A stretch of DNA of 64,000 nt from Candidatus Bipolaricaulaceae bacterium (GCA_049975705.1 JBNGCS010000007.1:1-64000); one strand, 5' to 3'. Counted from the stretch's first letter, positions 48,927 to 59,239 are shown. Notes: a model not told the origin generated them from the sequence alone. Made by a program: numbers and translations.

Positions 48927-50222
48927 TCAAGGGTAAATCCGGTCCAGCGTTCTGGGGAATGGAATGGTCTCTCGGATGTGGCGCGTCCCCGCCAGCCAGG
49001 CCACCACGCGCTCCACACCCAGGCCGAAGCCGGAGTGCGGAACTGATCCCCACTTCCTCAGGTCCAAGTACCAGCGGTAGGGTTCTTGGGGAAGGTCGTA
49101 CTCGGCCAGCTGCCGGGTGAGCTCCTCCTCGCTGTCCACCCGCTGGGAGCCGCCGATGATCTCGCCGTAGGCTTCAGGAGCGATGAGGTCGGCACACAGG
49201 GCCACAGATGGATCGCCCGCGGGGCGCTTCATGTAGAAGGGTTTGGTGGCCGCGGGGAACTGTTCCACGAACACCGGACGCCCGAAGTGGTGTGACAGGG
49301 CGTCCTCCCCCGGGGCGCCGAAATCATCGCCGGGCTCCATGGGCACGCCGGCCTGGCGGACAATGTCCACCGCCTGGGCGTAGGTCACCCGGGCGAACGG
49401 CTCGGCAACCTGCTGGAGCAGTGTCTGAGGCTCGCGCCCCAGTTCCTCCAGCTCACGCCGGCAATCTTCGACGACGAACTGGACGATGTACCTCACCAAG
49501 TCCTCCTGGAGGGCGAGGTTCCCCTCGTGGTCCAAGAACGCCACCTCGGCTTCCGCCATCCAGAACTCCGTCAGGTGCCGGCGGGACTTGGACTTCTCCG
49601 CCCGAAACACCGGGCCGATCCAGTACACCTTCCCCAACGCCGCGCAGGTGGCTTCCAGGTACAGCTGGCCCGATTGGGACAGGTAAGCTGGTCGGCCGAA
49701 GTAGTCCAAGGTGAACAGGGTGGTAGTTCCCTCCACGGAGGTGCCCACCAGGATGGGGGCCTCGGTGGCCACAAAACCTCGCCGCCGGAAGAACTCCCGC
49801 ATGGCCCACAAGGTGGAGTCGCGCAGTCTGAGCAGGGGCATCTGCCCGCGCATCCGGATCCACAGATGGCGATGGTCCATGAGGAACCCCACCCCATGTT
49901 CTTTGAGCCCGATCGGAAACGGGGCATTCGGCACCTGAACCGGCTCGATTCGGTCCACGGCCAGCTCGTACCCGCCGGGCGCGCGGGGGTCGGCCCTCAC
50001 TTGTCCCCACATGCGTAGCGAAGATTCCTGGGGCAGGCGTTGGGCGAGCTCGAAGCTCTCCGGGTCCGCGTCGGGCGTGAGCACCCCCTGCACCAGACCT
50101 GTACCGTCTCGGACGATGACAAAACGGATCTTGCCGGAGGACCGCTTGTTGAATAGCCACCCCTGGACGAGCACACGCTCGCCCTGGTGAGCGCCCAAGT
50201 CCTCTACGTAAACCGGATCCAC
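48927..50222 (-). CDS. asnS: asparaginyl-tRNA synthetase
   Basis: Trimmed to GTG at 50222 (AGAGGGA upstream); near-colinear with Thermus-type AsnRS (..RVLVQGWLFNKRSSGKIRFVIVRDGTG.., class II motifs 2/3, C-terminal ..HSGFGLGVERVVAWL..IRE.IPFPR); 110-aa upstream extension in track is low complexity. Confidence 0.85.
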   Translation of the reverse strand: MDPVYVEDLGAHQGERVLVQGWLFNKRSSGKIRFVIVRDGTGLVQGVLTPDADPESFELAQRLPQESSLRMWGQVRADPRAPGGYELAVDRIEPVQVPNAPFPIGLKEHGVGFLMDHRHLWIRMRGQMPLLRLRDSTLWAMREFFRRRGFVATEAPILVGTSVEGTTTLFTLDYFGRPAYLSQSGQLYLEATCAALGKVYWIGPVFRAEKSKSRRHLTEFWMAEAEVAFLDHEGNLALQEDLVRYIVQFVVEDCRRELEELGREPQTLLQQVAEPFARVTYAQAVDIVRQAGVPMEPGDDFGAPGEDALSHHFGRPVFVEQFPAATKPFYMKRPAGDPSVALCADLIAPEAYGEIIGGSQRVDSEEELTRQLAEYDLPQEPYRWYLDLRKWGSVPHSGFGLGVERVVAWLAGTRHIRETIPFPRTLDRIYP

Positions 50223-50260
50223 CGCGTCCCTCTTCCTCGGCGCCGACTGCTGCCGGCCCG

Positions 50261-50713
50261 TCACTCGCGCTCCCAGACCACTCGTACGAGGGGCTCGCCC
50301 TCCGCTTGGTGGAAGCTGACCTCCCCCTTGTGCGCAGACTGGACCGCCTTCCCCAACCGCCGGGCCAGGTGCCCGGTGGTGGTGGCGATCTCCAGTTCTT
50401 CCCCCCGGGACTCGATCCACAGTATTCGGTTGAGGGGCCGCTGCTTCTGAGCTTCGCCCTCCTGATTGCGCACCAAGTTCATGATCTCCTCGCGGTGCGC
50501 CGGCCAATACCCGCCGCGCAGGTAGACGTATCCGCCGGGGTAGCGATCGAGCTCCCGGCGGCAAGCGGGGCAGATCGTTCGGTGGGCCTGTTGGGGCAGG
50601 GCATCGGAGCGCTGCCAGTGGCCGTCCCTGTATAGGAGCTCACACCGCTCGCAGACGGTGGGCTCGGGGTGCTTGCGCCCCTCGTAGTAGGGGTTCTCCG
50701 ATTCCCATCCCAC
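50261..50713 (-). CDS. hypothetical Zn-ribbon protein
   Basis: Two CxxC pairs (CERC, CPAC); start placed at GTG 50713 because the upstream part of track ORF overlaps acpP; no SD. Confidence 0.35.
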   Translation of the reverse strand: MGWESENPYYEGRKHPEPTVCERCELLYRDGHWQRSDALPQQAHRTICPACRRELDRYPGGYVYLRGGYWPAHREEIMNLVRNQEGEAQKQRPLNRILWIESRGEELEIATTTGHLARRLGKAVQSAHKGEVSFHQAEGEPLVRVVWERE

Positions 50714-50726
50714 CTGACCGCGGCGG

Positions 50727-50990
50727 TCATGCCGCACCCTTTTCCTCCTCCTTCTCCTGCACCAAGCGGTCGATGTAGGCAATGGCCTCGCCCACAGTCT
50801 GGATCTTCTCCGCGTCCTCATCGGGGATCTCGATGCCGAACTCGTCTTCGAACTCCATGATCAGCTCTACCGTGTCGAGCGAGTCGGCGCCCAAGTCGTC
50901 GATGAAGGAGGCCTCATCGGTTACCCCCTCCAGGTCGGCCATCAACTGCTCGGCGATGATCTCACGTACGCGATCTGCAATTTCGCTCAT
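50727..50990 (-). CDS. acpP: acyl carrier protein
   Basis: ..[30 protein letters not shown].. with phosphopantetheine Ser in DSLD. Confidence 0.85.
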   Translation of the reverse strand: MSEIADRVREIIAEQLMADLEGVTDEASFIDDLGADSLDTVELIMEFEDEFGIEIPDEDAEKIQTVGEAIAYIDRLVQEKEEEKGAA

Positions 50991-51023
50991 TTTCCGTCCA
51001 CCTCCTGATGGGAAATTCCCTGC

Positions 51024-51743
51024 TCAGTCGCACGGGACAAGCCCCCCATCTACGTAGAAGACGTGCCCAGTTATATAAGAGGCCCTTGGGGAAAGCAAGA
51101 ACGCGATCAGCTCCCCCACCTCCTCCGGCTTGCCCGGACGTCCCAACGGGATGCGCGCCAAGTACTCCGCTCTCACCGTTTGCGGCAGTCCCTGGGTCAT
51201 CGGCGTGTCGATGAACCCGGGGGCGACCACGTTGACCCTTACTCCCCGCCCCCCGCCCTCCTGAGCCAGGGTGCGGGCCAGCCCGACCAGCCCTGCTTTG
51301 GCAGCTGCGTAGTTGGCTTGGCCGACGTTTCCGGTGAATCCCACCACGGACGAGACGAACACCATGCTCCCCCGGCGCGCCCTGACCATGTGCCGCAGCG
51401 CTTGACGGCCGCACAGATAGCCGCCGGTGAGGTGGGCGCGGATCACCTCTTCCCACTCCTGAGGTCGCATCCGGAGCACCAGCCGGTCCTGCGTGTGCCC
51501 GGCGGCGTGAACGAAGTGGTCCACTCGCCCGCCCCAGTCGACCGCCTCGGCGAATGCAGCCTGCACCTGGGCAGGATTTCCCACATCACAGGGCACGAAC
51601 TTGCCGGCCGCGCCCAGGACAGCGGCCGCCCGGCCGCCTCGGTCCGGATCCCGCCCCAGCACGACCACCTTGGCGCCGGCCCCCGCCAGTCGCCGGGCGG
51701 TGGCCAGCCCGATTCCCGAGGTGCCCCCGCTGATCACGGCCAC
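51024..51743 (-). CDS. fabG: 3-oxoacyl-[ACP] reductase
   Basis: SDR family: ..[12 protein letters not shown].., NAG, YAAAKAG. Confidence 0.85.
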   Translation of the reverse strand: MAVISGGTSGIGLATARRLAGAGAKVVVLGRDPDRGGRAAAVLGAAGKFVPCDVGNPAQVQAAFAEAVDWGGRVDHFVHAAGHTQDRLVLRMRPQEWEEVIRAHLTGGYLCGRQALRHMVRARRGSMVFVSSVVGFTGNVGQANYAAAKAGLVGLARTLAQEGGGRGVRVNVVAPGFIDTPMTQGLPQTVRAEYLARIPLGRPGKPEEVGELIAFLLSPRASYITGHVFYVDGGLVPCD

Positions 51744-51750
51744 TTGTCCT

Positions 51751-52635
51751 TCAAACGTCGCCCATCACCTCTCCCAAGGCGCGGAAGCGTACCTCCGGGC
51801 AGGTGGTGCTGCCAAGCCGGGTCAGCACCTGTCCTGGTCCCGCTTCCACTGCCTCCCGCACCCCGAGCTGGGGCAGGCACGCCAGGACGGATGTCCAGCG
51901 CACCGGCGAGGTCATCTGTCGGCAGAGCAGGCATAGGATGCGCTCAGGATCGTCCTCTGGCTGGCCAGTGGTGCTGGAGACGAAGGTCACCTTTGGGGGG
52001 GCGATGCTGACTCGTTGCAGGTACGTCGCCAGTGTGCTCTCCGCCTCCTGCACCCGCGGGGAGTGAAACGCCCCGGCTACCGGCAGCCGCCGTGGCCGTC
52101 CGCCCCGGTCTCGGGCCAGGGCGGCGGCCCGCTGCAAGGCCCCCAACTCGCCCGACAACACGGTCTGCCCGGGGGCGTTGTAGTTGGCCACGTGGCAGCC
52201 GGTCTGCTCGGCGATCTGCACGGCCGCCTCCGCCGACAGGCCCAGCAGGGCGATCATCCCGCCGGGTTGCTGCCGGGCCGCCTCGGCCATCGCCCGTCCC
52301 CGCACGGCCACCACCGTGAACGCTTCCTGCCATGGCAGAGAGTTGGCCGCGGCCAGGGCCGCGTACTCACCCAGGGAATGTCCGGCCACCGCCCGGGGCC
52401 GCCGGCCGGCCCGCTCCAGTGCCGCGCAGGCCAGCCTTTCCACCAGCAAGATGGCGGGCTGAGCGACTTGCGTGTCCTCCAAGGCCTCCGCCCGCTCCAG
52501 GATGATCTCCCGCAAGGGCAGGCCGCACGCTTCCTCCGCCTCCCGAACCAGTCCCTCTGCCCACGGGGCAGCCAGCAGCCTCTCACCCATGCCCGGCCTG
52601 TGTGAGCCCTGGCCGGGGAACAGAAACGCTACCAT
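51751..52635 (-). CDS. fabD: malonyl CoA-ACP transacylase
   Basis: ..FLFPGQGS.., GHSLGEY active-site Ser, ..[14 protein letters not shown].. Confidence 0.85.
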   Translation of the reverse strand: MVAFLFPGQGSHRPGMGERLLAAPWAEGLVREAEEACGLPLREIILERAEALEDTQVAQPAILLVERLACAALERAGRRPRAVAGHSLGEYAALAAANSLPWQEAFTVVAVRGRAMAEAARQQPGGMIALLGLSAEAAVQIAEQTGCHVANYNAPGQTVLSGELGALQRAAALARDRGGRPRRLPVAGAFHSPRVQEAESTLATYLQRVSIAPPKVTFVSSTTGQPEDDPERILCLLCRQMTSPVRWTSVLACLPQLGVREAVEAGPGQVLTRLGSTTCPEVRFRALGEVMGDV

Positions 52636-53612
52636 TTGATGATGGCCGTCCCGTAGCAGGCGCCCGCTCCGAACGCGGTCATGGCCACCACTTGGCCCGC
52701 CCGGAGCCGCCCCGCTCTGACCAGTTCGTCCAGGGCAATGGGAATGGATGCCGTGGAGGTGTTTGCCGCCCGGTCGATGTTCACCACCACCCGCTCACGG
52801 GGGATGGACAGCCGGCGGGCCAGCGGGTTGATGATCCTGAGGTTCGCCTGATGCGGGATTAGCCAATCGACGTCCCCCGGGGACAGTCCGCTGCGGCGCA
52901 GCGCCTCTCGGGTGGCTTGCTCCATCATGGGCACAGCTGTGCGGAATACCCCTTCTCCTTCCATCTTCAGGTAGTGCTGTTTGCGGCGCACCGTCTCAGC
53001 CGAAGTGGGCAGCCCTACGCCCCCCGCCTCGATAGTGAGCAGGTGAGCTTTGGACGGGTCGCCGTACAACGCCACGCCCAGGATGGCCGCCTCACCCGAC
53101 GATGGCTCGAGGAGCGCCGCTCCCGCCCCGTCGCCGAACAGCACACAGGTGCGTCGGTCCTCCCAATCCACGATCCGCGACAGGGCCTCCACCCCGATCA
53201 CCAGGGCAGAGCGGGCCAGGCCCGCCTCCAGGTAGCCTCCGGCCACGGCCACGCCATACACGAACCCGGCACAGCCCGCCTTGAGGTCGAAGAACGGGGC
53301 GTCGTGCTCCAGCCCCAGCCCTGCCGCGACGTAAGGCGCGGAGCCAGGGATGATCCGCTCAGGCACGTTGGTGGCCACCAGCAGCAGGTCCACCTCGCCC
53401 GGTTCCCGTCTCGCCGCCGCCAGGGCGGCCTGGCCGGCGCGGACGCCCATGTCCGCCGCCGCCGCGCCGTCGTCCAGCAGTCGCCGCTCCCTGATCCCCG
53501 TCCGCGAGCGGATCCACTCGTCGCTCGTGTCCACCATGTGGGCGAGGTTCTCGTTGGTAAGACGCCGCTCTGGCAAGAAGGCGCCGGTTCCGGTTACCCT
53601 AACTCTCAGCAC
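52629..53612 (-). CDS. fabH: 3-oxoacyl-[ACP] synthase III
   Basis: Start trimmed to GTG (MLRVRVTGTGAFLPE..); ..MVDTSDEWIRSRTGIRERR.., ..AGCAGFVYG.. catalytic Cys, ..HQAN.RI.., ..GN.S.ASIP.. Confidence 0.8.
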   Translation of the reverse strand: MLRVRVTGTGAFLPERRLTNENLAHMVDTSDEWIRSRTGIRERRLLDDGAAAADMGVRAGQAALAAARREPGEVDLLLVATNVPERIIPGSAPYVAAGLGLEHDAPFFDLKAGCAGFVYGVAVAGGYLEAGLARSALVIGVEALSRIVDWEDRRTCVLFGDGAGAALLEPSSGEAAILGVALYGDPSKAHLLTIEAGGVGLPTSAETVRRKQHYLKMEGEGVFRTAVPMMEQATREALRRSGLSPGDVDWLIPHQANLRIINPLARRLSIPRERVVVNIDRAANTSTASIPIALDELVRAGRLRAGQVVAMTAFGAGACYGTAIIKW

Positions 53613-54591
53613 CCTGGGAAAGTCCCTCGCGGATCCGGGCGACCAGGCCGGCCTGCGTCGCCCAGAACGTCCTCTCCACAGCCGCCTCCATAGCCCGGGC
53701 GGTGGACCGCCCATGGGCTAGCATGACCAGCCCCTGCACGCCCAGCAAGGGCGCCCCATTGTACCGATCGTAGCGCAGCTGACGGGCGACCTCGCGCAGA
53801 GAGCCGCGCAGCAGGCCTGCGCCCAACCGGCCCTGCAGGGATGCCGATGAGCGGCGCTTGAACGCTTCCCACACCGCCTCCGCCCCGCCCTCCAGGGCCT
53901 TGATCACCAGGTTGCCCGCGAACCCCCCCGTTACCACCACGTCGACTGGGCGGTGGATAAGCAGCTCGTGTGGTTCGACGTTTCCGGCGAACCCCGGTTC
54001 CTTCTCAAGCAGCTTGTGGGCCGCCCGTACCAGCTTGTCCCCCTTCAAGGCCTCGCTGCCGATGGAGAGGAGGCCGATGGTCGGTTCGGGGATCCCCAGC
54101 ACCTCTTGGGCGAACAGCCGGCCCATGTGGGCGAACTGGGCCAGGTGGGGTGGCTTGGGCTCGGCAGTTGCCCCGGCGTCGATGACAAGGGCCTGCTTGC
54201 CCGCCAGGGTGGGCAGTGAGGCACACAGCCCCGGCCGCTTGACGCCCGCCAGCCGCCCCAACACGGCGAGGGAGGCGGCCACCACTGCCCCGGTGTTTCC
54301 CGACGACAAGAACCCGTCGGCTTCCCCGCCCTTGACCATCTCCAGCCCGCGGACCACGGAGGTTCCCCGCTGCCGGATGGCCTGCACCGGGGGGGCTTCG
54401 GGCGCCACGAAACCCTCGCAGTCAACGATCTCTGCGGGGGCTTCTGGCGGGATGTGCGGCTCAATCAACCGGCGGCGCCCGACCAGAATCAGCTGGATGG
54501 GAAGGCGCTCGGCGGCGGCCAGCGCCCCAGCAGCGAGCTCCTCAGGGGGGCGGTCTGCGCCCATAACGTCCACAACGATACGCACGGCCAT
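53599..54591 (-). CDS. plsX: phosphate acyltransferase
   Basis: Start trimmed to ATG 54591 (MAVRIVVDVMGAD) because the longer track ORF runs across a tRNA gene; PlsX family throughout. Confidence 0.8.
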   Translation of the reverse strand: MAVRIVVDVMGADRPPEELAAGALAAAERLPIQLILVGRRRLIEPHIPPEAPAEIVDCEGFVAPEAPPVQAIRQRGTSVVRGLEMVKGGEADGFLSSGNTGAVVAASLAVLGRLAGVKRPGLCASLPTLAGKQALVIDAGATAEPKPPHLAQFAHMGRLFAQEVLGIPEPTIGLLSIGSEALKGDKLVRAAHKLLEKEPGFAGNVEPHELLIHRPVDVVVTGGFAGNLVIKALEGGAEAVWEAFKRRSSASLQGRLGAGLLRGSLREVARQLRYDRYNGAPLLGVQGLVMLAHGRSTARAMEAAVERTFWATQAGLVARIREGLSQGAES

Positions 54592-54602
54592 AAAAAAACT
54601 TG

Positions 54603-54688
54603 TGCCGAGGGTGGGACTTGAACCCACACGGGCACAATGGCCCACTGCCCCCTCAAGACAGCGCGTCTGCCAATTCCGCCACCTCGGC
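54603..54688 (-). tRNA. tRNA-Leu (anticodon GAG), long variable arm
   Basis: Hand-folded: acceptor GCCGAGG/CCTCGGC, D-arm GCG..CGC, anticodon stem CTGTC/GGCAG with loop TTGAGGG (GAG), extended variable arm, T-arm GTGGG-TTCAAGT-CCCAC; 86 nt; CCA not encoded. Confidence 0.8.
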
Positions 54689-54776
54689 CGGCGCGATGTT
54701 AGTCTTCGGTGCGGTTCACGTCAAGGCTTGCTTCATCCTGCCCCCTGGGATAGCTTGGGGTGTGGCGACCACTCCG

Positions 54777-55655
54777 GTGAGGTTCGGCGTCTATTCGGGG
54801 GACCCGTTGGCCGTGGAGCGGACTGTGGCCCAGCGGCTGCAGGCGCTGGGGGCGGTGGAGAGGATCGCCCTGTTCGGCGACGACGTTCCCGTAGGACAAG
54901 TGCTGTCGGAGCTGGGCACGGAGAACCTGTTCCAGCAGGACAAAGCGCTGGTCGTGCGGCGCGCCGACGCCCTGCTGGCCAAGGAGCAGCTGGCCGACGC
55001 CCTGGAGGACGGGCCTCCCCCGCACTGCGCGGTGTTCTTCCTCGGGGAGCGTCAGCGGGGGCGGCTTCCCCGCCTGGCGCAGGAGGCCAAGCACTTCCCC
55101 CTGCCCAGGGGCCGCGCCCTGCGGGCGCTGGCCGCGGACCTGTTGGAGGAGGCGGGGCTGCCGGCCCCACGCTTCCTGGTAGACATGTTGGCTGAGGCCG
55201 CGGGAGGGGACACCCTCCATCTGGCTCGAGAGGTGGAGAAACTCGTACTGTGGGAGGGGGAGCGGCTGGCCCGTTTCCAGGTCCCCCGGCTCCTGTTCTT
55301 CGCCGAGCCCAGGCCGTATGCCTTCCTGGACGCGGTGGGGGAGCGCGACCTGGCCACGGCCCTGGCCGAGCTGGGTCGTTTGCTGAGCTCGGGTTGGGAT
55401 CCCTTCCGGCTGTTCTTTGTGCTGGCCGCGCACCTCCGTGCGCTGCTCACCACCCTGGCGGCCGTGGCGGACGGGCGCACCCCGCCCGGGCCCGGCTGGC
55501 TTGCCCGCCGGCGCCTACACCAGGCCCAGCGCTACTCGGCGGCAGAGCTGGTGGGGCTGCTGGCGCGGCTTCAACAGCTGGACATGCTGATCAAGACCGG
55601 GCGATGCGCTCCGCGAGACGCCCTGTTTCAGTTCATCCTTGGCCTGGAACCCTAG
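54777..55655 (+). CDS. holA: DNA polymerase III delta subunit
   Basis: GTG start; family resemblance (..LVLWEGERLARF.., C-terminal helical domain ..ELVGLLARLQQLDMLIKTG..); N-terminal part of track ORF overlaps the tRNA and is discarded. Confidence 0.55.
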   Translation: MRFGVYSGDPLAVERTVAQRLQALGAVERIALFGDDVPVGQVLSELGTENLFQQDKALVVRRADALLAKEQLADALEDGPPPHCAVFFLGERQRGRLPRLAQEAKHFPLPRGRALRALAADLLEEAGLPAPRFLVDMLAEAAGGDTLHLAREVEKLVLWEGERLARFQVPRLLFFAEPRPYAFLDAVGERDLATALAELGRLLSSGWDPFRLFFVLAAHLRALLTTLAAVADGRTPPGPGWLARRRLHQAQRYSAAELVGLLARLQQLDMLIKTGRCAPRDALFQFILGLEP

Positions 55656-56988
55656 CCGGGACTCGCTCCCCGATCCCCGTGGTCTCCAACAGGAGGCGCG
55701 AGGCCACCAAGGCGCAGAAGAGCGACCCGGCCACCCCCAGCGCCAACGTGATGGCGAATCCCTCCACCGGCCCCGTGCCGAAGGTGAACAGTATCAAGGC
55801 GGTGATCAACGTGGTGAGGTTGGCGTCAACCAGCGCTGACATGGACTTGCCGAACCCGGAGACTACGGAGGCGCGCGCCGCCTTGCCGGTACGCCGCTCC
55901 TCTCTCACCCGCTCAAAGATGATCACGTTGGCGTCCACAGTCATGCCGATGGTGAGCACCAAACCGGCGATCCCCGGCAGGGTCAGCGTGGCCCCCAACG
56001 CCCGCAGGGCGGCGAACACGATGAGCATGTTCAAGATCAGGGCCGTGTCGGCCACCAGGCCCAGCCACCGGTAGTAGAAGACCATGTACAGCAGCACGAG
56101 GATGAAGCTGATGAGGACAGCCATCATCCCTCGGTTGCGGTAGTCGGCCCCCAGCGTAGGCCCCACGGTCTGCTCCTGCAGTACCGCCACTTCGGCGGGC
56201 AGGGCTCCGGCGCGAAGCACGACGGCGAGGAGTTTGGCCTCGTCGAACGTGAACCGGCCGGTGATGGTGGTCGAGTCCACCACCCCCCGCCAGCCCTGCT
56301 GGGCGGCCTGCTTGATGGATTCCGAGACCGTGGGGGCGGAATATACGACGTTGTCGAGCACGATTGCCAGCCGCTCACCCACCTGCAGGCGGCGCAACGC
56401 CTCTACGAACCGCTCAGCCCCTTCGCGGTTGAACTTCAGGGCGATGTACAGCCCCGGCTGGCGCGGGTCGGTCGACGTGCGGACCTCAGCGCTGTCGAGC
56501 ACCTCGCCGGTGAGCAAGGGGTCTCCCCGCACCAGGTAGTACTCGCTCTCGTCGTGGGCGGGCAGGATCTCCTGGGTGGGGTCAGTCCGCACCAAGTCCT
56601 CCGGGTTGGCGGCCGCCTCCACCACTTGGCGGAACTCCAACAGGGCGGTGCGGCCGATGAGCTGGCGGGCGTCCGCAGGGTCGGCGGCTCCGGGCACACT
56701 GACCTCGATGCGCCGCTGCCCCATGGGGCGAATCTCCACGTTGGCCAGGCCGTACTGGTCCACGCGCTGCTGCAGGATGGTGACAATCCGGTCCACCACC
56801 CCCTCGCGCTGCTCCTCGGTCATGTCCTCCAGGCCCTGAGCCTCCAGCACCAGCCGCACGCCCCCTTGGAGGTCCAGTCCCAGATTGACCACGTCCTGGA
56901 GCGGCCAGAACGGATACAGCAGCCCGACGGCAGCGAAGAACGCCGCGAGCACCGCCCCAAAGCGGATCCAGTCGTTGCGCCTCATCAT
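55633..56988 (-). CDS. secD: protein translocase subunit SecD
   Basis: N-terminal TM, periplasmic domain with GLDLQGG, C-terminal six-TM RND-like bundle; no adjacent secF. Confidence 0.8.
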   Translation of the reverse strand: MMRRNDWIRFGAVLAAFFAAVGLLYPFWPLQDVVNLGLDLQGGVRLVLEAQGLEDMTEEQREGVVDRIVTILQQRVDQYGLANVEIRPMGQRRIEVSVPGAADPADARQLIGRTALLEFRQVVEAAANPEDLVRTDPTQEILPAHDESEYYLVRGDPLLTGEVLDSAEVRTSTDPRQPGLYIALKFNREGAERFVEALRRLQVGERLAIVLDNVVYSAPTVSESIKQAAQQGWRGVVDSTTITGRFTFDEAKLLAVVLRAGALPAEVAVLQEQTVGPTLGADYRNRGMMAVLISFILVLLYMVFYYRWLGLVADTALILNMLIVFAALRALGATLTLPGIAGLVLTIGMTVDANVIIFERVREERRTGKAARASVVSGFGKSMSALVDANLTTLITALILFTFGTGPVEGFAITLALGVAGSLFCALVASRLLLETTGIGERVPARVPGQG

Positions 56989-57001
56989 TCCTCCTCGGGG
57001 G

Positions 57002-57304
57002 TCACTTCTTCGCCTTGTCCACCACGCTGGACTTGGAGACCCGCAGCTTCGCCCCCTCCTCCAGAGAAAGCACCACGGTGGTATCCTCGAGTTTCTCGAT
57101 CACCCCGTGGATCCCGCCGGCGGTCACCACCCGATCCCCCCGCTTCAGGGAGGAGACCAACTGTTGGTGCTCCTTCTGGCGCCGCCTCTGCGGCCTAATC
57201 AGGAGGAAGTAGAAGATGGCGGCGAACACGACCAACAGGATGACCAGGGAGACAATCGACTGGCCCGCCTCGGCGTTTCCGGCAACCTGAGCGTACGCGA
57301 TCAT
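57002..57304 (-). CDS. yajC: preprotein translocase subunit YajC
   Basis: single TM then ..QRRRQKEHQQLVSSLKRGDRVVTAGGIHGVIEKLED.. YajC signature. Confidence 0.85.
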   Translation of the reverse strand: MIAYAQVAGNAEAGQSIVSLVILLVVFAAIFYFLLIRPQRRRQKEHQQLVSSLKRGDRVVTAGGIHGVIEKLEDTTVVLSLEEGAKLRVSKSSVVDKAKK

Positions 57305-57366
57305 TACATCACCCCTTGCGTCTGCACCCCAAGGACCCCTGGGGATCCGTATTATCAGCCTTCATT

Positions 57367-57885
57367 CTAACCAATATCCCTTGCCTTCTCCTCCGCACCT
57401 CGAGGAGCGGCCCGCAGGGTACGCCATGTCCCCACTCCAACGAAGCCCAAGGCCAGCGCCCCCCAACCCGCGCTCCAAGCCCCCAGGGCGAAGCCCTCCA
57501 GGGATCGTCCCAGGGCCACGAGTTGATGCACAGCGGCGAAGAGGTCGAGCCACAGTATAGCGTAGAGGCCGGCTGCCAGCGACCGGCTGCGGCCCCGCAG
57601 GGCAGCGTCCAGGGCGATGGTCAGCGGGGGCACGGCCAGCCACGCCCCCAGGCCGGCCTCGGCGCCGGCCACCCCCAGGGCGAGGAAGAGCAGCGCGTGT
57701 CCGGGTAGGAGCCGCACCGGCGACCGTGATGGCAGGCCCGGACCGCGGGCCCGCCACAGGCCGTATCCCCACAACAAGAGCAAGGCGAGGCCCGCCCCGC
57801 CCCGCAGCTGCGGTGCCACCGGCGCCGTGGCCGCGCAGAGAAGCACTGCCACCAGGCTCAGCGGGAAGAATGTCGCCCACTTCAT
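57367..57885 (-). CDS. hypothetical membrane protein (172 aa)
   Basis: ATG overlaps mgtE stop (ATGA); hydrophobic MKWATFFPLSLVAVLL.. ; remainder of track ORF 57367..58407 is mgtE shadow. Confidence 0.4.
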   Translation of the reverse strand: MKWATFFPLSLVAVLLCAATAPVAPQLRGGAGLALLLLWGYGLWRARGPGLPSRSPVRLLPGHALLFLALGVAGAEAGLGAWLAVPPLTIALDAALRGRSRSLAAGLYAILWLDLFAAVHQLVALGRSLEGFALGAWSAGWGALALGFVGVGTWRTLRAAPRGAEEKARDIG

Positions 57886-59201
57886 AGCCGGTCGAGGAAC
57901 ACAGCGCCCAGGGCCAGCAGGAAGAAGAACCCCAGGGTGTCGGTCACCGTGGTGAGGAATATGGAGGAAGCCAACGCGGGGTCCAAGCGCAGGGACCGCA
58001 GCGTCAGCGGGATGACGGCCCCGGTCAACCCGGCGACGATCAGGTTGAGTACCATGGCCATAAACACCACCAACCCCAGGAAGCAGCTCCCCTTCCAGAT
58101 GTAAGCGACCGCCCCGGCCACCACTCCTACCGCCAAACCCTTGAACAGGCCGGTCAGCAACTCCTTCCCCAATAGCCGCCATTCCCTTCCCGGTGGAAGC
58201 TCCCCCAGCGCCATCGCCCGGATGACGATGGTGGCCGTCTGCATCCCAGTGTTTCCCCCCTGCCCCGCCACCACGGGCATGAACACGGCCAGCGCTGCCA
58301 CCTTGGCGATGGCCGATTCGAACACCCCCACCACAGAGGCGGCCAGCATGGCAGTGGCCAAGTTGACGTACAGCCACGGCAGTCGCAGCCGCAGGGAGTG
58401 GGTCCACGGTGTGTCCACCCGCTCCTCCAGCGGAGCCCCCGCCAATCGGTAGATGTCCTCCGTGTCCTCCTCACGGATCACGTCGATGACGTCGTCCACG
58501 GTGACGATGCCCAGCAGCCTGCCTGCACCGTCCACCACGGGAAGGGCGAGGAAGTTGTACTTGTCGAACGTGCGGGCCACCTCTTCCACGTCCTGGTCCG
58601 CCTGCAGGACCACCATGTCCGTGCGCATGAACTCGCCGACGGGGGTGTCCGGACGCGCGAACACGAGGTCCCGCAGGGACAAGACGCCGGTGAGTTTCCC
58701 CGCGTCGTCGACCACGTAGGCGTAGTACACGGTCTCCGTCTCTTCAGCCTTCTGTCGGAGGTAGTCGATGGCCTGCTGGCAGGTCAGATCCACCGGCAGG
58801 CCGACTACCTCGGGGGACATCAGTCCCCCGGCGGTGTCCGCAGGGTAGGCGAGGAGGTCGGCGAGCACCTTGGCGGTGCGAGACTCCAGGCGGCGTAGCA
58901 TATCCTGCACCGTTTCCCGGGGCAGCTCGGCCAACAAGTCAACCGCGTCGTCCGGGTCCATGCGGGAGAGGATCTGAACAGCTTCGTCGCGGTTCAGTTC
59001 GGCGAATAGGCGAGCGGCGTCTTCGGGGTCCATCTCCCCCAGCGGTCCGGCTGCGGCCCGCCGCAGGTACAGGCGGCGGAGCAGCTCAACTGCCTCCTCC
59101 TCGCGCAGGGCGGACAGTACCTCCGCCACCTCTGCGGGGTGTCGCTGGAGGAGGGTGTGAGCGTGGTGCCTCTTCCGACTCCCCTCACGCATGGCCCTCA
59201 C
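57882..59201 (-). CDS. mgtE: magnesium transporter MgtE
   Basis: N-domain, tandem CBS pairs, C-terminal five-TM domain with ..GNTGMQTATIVIRA.. and ..DTLGFFFLLAL.. Confidence 0.8.
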   Translation of the reverse strand: MRAMREGSRKRHHAHTLLQRHPAEVAEVLSALREEEAVELLRRLYLRRAAAGPLGEMDPEDAARLFAELNRDEAVQILSRMDPDDAVDLLAELPRETVQDMLRRLESRTAKVLADLLAYPADTAGGLMSPEVVGLPVDLTCQQAIDYLRQKAEETETVYYAYVVDDAGKLTGVLSLRDLVFARPDTPVGEFMRTDMVVLQADQDVEEVARTFDKYNFLALPVVDGAGRLLGIVTVDDVIDVIREEDTEDIYRLAGAPLEERVDTPWTHSLRLRLPWLYVNLATAMLAASVVGVFESAIAKVAALAVFMPVVAGQGGNTGMQTATIVIRAMALGELPPGREWRLLGKELLTGLFKGLAVGVVAGAVAYIWKGSCFLGLVVFMAMVLNLIVAGLTGAVIPLTLRSLRLDPALASSIFLTTVTDTLGFFFLLALGAVFLDRL

Positions 59202-59239
59202 TATACCTGCTCGGACAAGACGGGGCTACGGAAGACCAC

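Noticed and set aside
50223-50564. 110-aa N-terminal extension of asnS
   Set aside because: P/G/R-rich, no similarity to AsnRS; Thermus-type AsnRS alignment begins at the GTG 50222.
57367-58407. 346-aa minus ORF through mgtE
   Set aside because: Upper two-thirds is an alternate-frame shadow of mgtE; only the distal 172-aa hydrophobic segment after the mgtE stop was kept as a tentative gene.
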